64,000 nucleotides of DNA from a virus: IMG/VR virus record IMGVR_UViG_3300026088_000018, positions 3,817 to 67,816 of that record; one strand, 5' to 3'. Positions 62,181-64,000 of this stretch are shown piece by piece. Both the position numbers and the translations under genes were made by a program. Position 1 is the first letter of the stretch. Each line of letters starts with the position of its first letter. The notes below the pieces were generated by a model that was not told where the DNA came from, made no database searches, and was given only the letters and a program-made list of their open reading frames with translations.

Positions 62181-64000
62181 CTAGCCGACGGTGGACACGG
62201 TCGTGGCGGCCTCGGCCGCGGAGGCTCTTGCGGATCCCACGTCGGCGCCGGTGAGGATGGTCGCGGCACCCAGCGTGCCGGTCGCGGCTGCGGGGCCCTG
62301 GTCGGCGCCGGTTCCTGAGCCGGTGCCGTCCACACCCCAGCGGGGGGTGTAGATGCTGGTGGCCGGCGCGTTCAAGGCCAGCCGTCCGACTCCGGTCTGT
62401 AGCCGGATGTCGATACCGGTGACGACCGGTCCGGGCAGGACGGCGAGGCCCGCCCGCCCAGCGGCGACGGCGCGTTTGAGGTCGAGGCCGGTCGTGGCGG
62501 TGACGAGCAGCACCCGCGTGGTCTGCGGGGCCACCTTGCGACCGGTGGCCGCTGCCCGCAGCGGAATTGCGGTGGTGCCGGACTGGGCCCGGGCGGCCTG
62601 TGTGGTCTCGACGCCGACAGTGGTGAGGACCACCGTGGCGGTGGCCGTGGCGGTCGCCCGTTTCGTCGCCGCGCCGGTGGGGCGTGGGGTGACCAGTGCG
62701 CGGCCGGCACACCCGATGCTCTTCCGTGCCGCCGCGGCGGCGCTGACGGCAACAGCGCTGGCGCCTGTGCGGGACACCGCCTTGCGGGCGGCCGCGGTGC
62801 CGGCGACGGCGATGGTGCAGGTACCGGTCTGCTGCCGGGCGGTGCCGCTGGTTTCCGCGCCGCCGCTGGTCAGTGCGGCCCGGGCGGTGCCGGCCTGCGG
62901 CGCCGCCTTCGCGGCCGTCGCAGCCGTTCGCAGCGCCACCTCGGCTGTGCCGGTACGGGATACCAGCTTCGCCGCCGCCGCAGCTGTGCGCGTTGCAAGT
63001 TCCGCCGCGCCGGCCTGGCCGTGCGCCGCGAGACCAGCCGTGCGCAGCGCGACCTCGGCGCGGCCCGTTGTCGGCGCGGTTTTCGTCGCGCGGCCCGTGG
63101 CCGTCACGGCGAGGGTGGTGGTGCCGGCCTGCGACACCACCTTGACGGCCGTCGCTGCGGCGCGCAGCACCGCCTCGGCCGTGCCGGTCTGGCCGTGTGC
63201 AGCCAATGCGGCCGGGCGGAGTGCGGCCTGGGCGCGGCCGGCCACGGATGCGGTCTTCGCTGCCCGGCCCGCGGCGGCCGCCGCAACGGTGGTGGTGCCG
63301 GTCTGCTGCCTGGCCGCGGCGGTCGTCTCGGTGCCGGTGGCGGCCAGCGCCAGCCGCCCCACGCCGGCCTGCGGCGCCGCCTTGACCGCGGTGGCGTCCG
63401 CACGCACGCACAGCTGCGCTGTGGTTGCCGCGGTCGCCGTCTTGCGGGCCGATCCGGACCCGACGGCCGCGAGAGTGCAGGCCCCCGTCTGGGCGGCCGA
63501 TTTGACCGCGGACCCGGCCGCGGTCAACCCCAGGGGGGTTGACCCGGTCTCGGCGGACCCGCCACTGACTGCGGCGGGCAGGATCTCGATATACGCCCAG
63601 TTCGCCTCGGTCGACGTGCCGGGCAGGTGGAACCGCAGCAGGTTGGACTGGCTGGAGACGTCATCCGGCACCAGCCGTTTGATCATTCCCCAGCCGATTT
63701 GACCGGCGATGGTGCCCAGGCTGGACGCGGCGGCCTGATAGCAGCCCTGACCGGCCTTGGCCGTCCCGACGACCGTCCAGTCGCACATCACCGCGAAGCC
63801 CTGGCCGAGGGTGGCGGATGCGGTGTACGTCTGGTCGAGCATCGACACGGACGCCGAGCCCGCCTTGCCGTGGGCACCGACCGGGGTCGAGGAGTCCTGG
63901 TTGGTGACCACCAGCACCTGGAGGGCGGCCTGCCGCGTCGGCGACGCGGCGTTGTTGTTGACCGTGACACTCATCGGTGCGCCGGTGACGACCGGGGCCG
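62181..64000 (-). CDS. Large Ala/Thr/Gly-rich repetitive virion-associated protein (partial, open to right edge)
   Basis: Frame stays open upstream of ATG 63974; about 20-aa imperfect repeats xQxGxxxLxxxAxxxAxK. Confidence 0.75.
   Translation of the reverse strand, partial: APVVTGAPMSVTVNNNAASPTRQAALQVLVVTNQDSSTPVGAHGKAGSASVSMLDQTYTASATLGQGFAVMCDWTVVGTAKAGQGCYQAAASSLGTIAGQIGWGMIKRLVPDDVSSQSNLLRFHLPGTSTEANWAYIEILPAAVSGGSAETGSTPLGLTAAGSAVKSAAQTGACTLAAVGSGSARKTATAATTAQLCVRADATAVKAAPQAGVGRLALAATGTETTAAARQQTGTTTVAAAAAGRAAKTASVAGRAQAALRPAALAAHGQTGTAEAVLRAAATAVKVVSQAGTTTLAVTATGRATKTAPTTGRAEVALRTAGLAAHGQAGAAELATRTAAAAAKLVSRTGTAEVALRTAATAAKAAPQAGTARAALTSGGAETSGTARQQTGTCTIAVAGTAAARKAVSRTGASAVAVSAAAAARKSIGCAGRALVTPRPTGAATKRATATATATVVLTTVGVETTQAARAQSGTTAIPLRAAATGRKVAPQTTRVLLVTATTGLDLKRAVAAGRAGLAVLPGPVVTGIDIRLQTGVGRLALNAPATSIYTPRWGVDGTGSGTGADQGPAAATGTLGAATILTGADVGSARASAAEAATTVSTVG

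Larger units (their letters stand above)
1..64000. mobile_element. Temperate actinobacterial siphophage, circularly permuted/non-integrated form, partial at both window edges
   Basis: Terminase, portal, HK97 protease/capsid, tail, tape measure, lysin, repressor/Cro, integrase and an internal attP with phage genes on both sides; no host housekeeping genes recognised. Confidence 0.93.

Noticed and set aside
62353-63702. 449-aa plus-strand Ala/Val-rich ORF
   Set aside because: Mirror frame of the Ala/Thr-rich minus-strand gene
1-64000. Reverse transcriptase, DGR, retron, cas or rRNA genes
   Set aside because: No RT signature, TR/VR pair, cas motif or rRNA-like sequence recognised

Overview
The window is most of a high-GC temperate actinobacterial siphophage genome, read as a circular permutation. 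The host is probably a filamentous actinomycete such as Micromonosporaceae or Streptomycetaceae (inference). Minus strand, 1-8.7 kb: HNH, terminases, portal, HK97 protease and major capsid protein, followed by two glycosyltransferase genes, one fused to a CmcI-like O-methyltransferase. Minus strand, 8.8-32 kb: a long early operon of small overlapping genes, including an HTH replication initiator with internal iterons, WhiB, ASCH, SLOG/DUF2493, a C5-methylase, HNH and GIY-YIG nucleases, an antirepressor, Xis and Cro. 32-34.8 kb: repressor, tyrosine integrase and an intact attP whose core is the 3' half of tRNA-Val(GAC). 34.8-45.8 kb: an accessory region holding an AICE/Streptomyces-plasmid-like conjugation module (RHH repressor with operators, DUF2637/Spd-like genes, FtsK/TraB translocase, clt-like 8-bp repeats) and a PNK-like kinase. 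45.8-47.9 kb: a Ro60/TROVE gene preceded by three tandem Y RNA-like ncRNAs. 48-64 kb: lysis, tail, tape measure and head-tail genes. The most striking features are the TraB/clt module inside a phage with a broad set of virion genes, the Ro60 plus triple Y RNA cassette, and the capsid-linked glycosylation/methylation genes. All protein family calls come from motif recognition by eye, not database searches.
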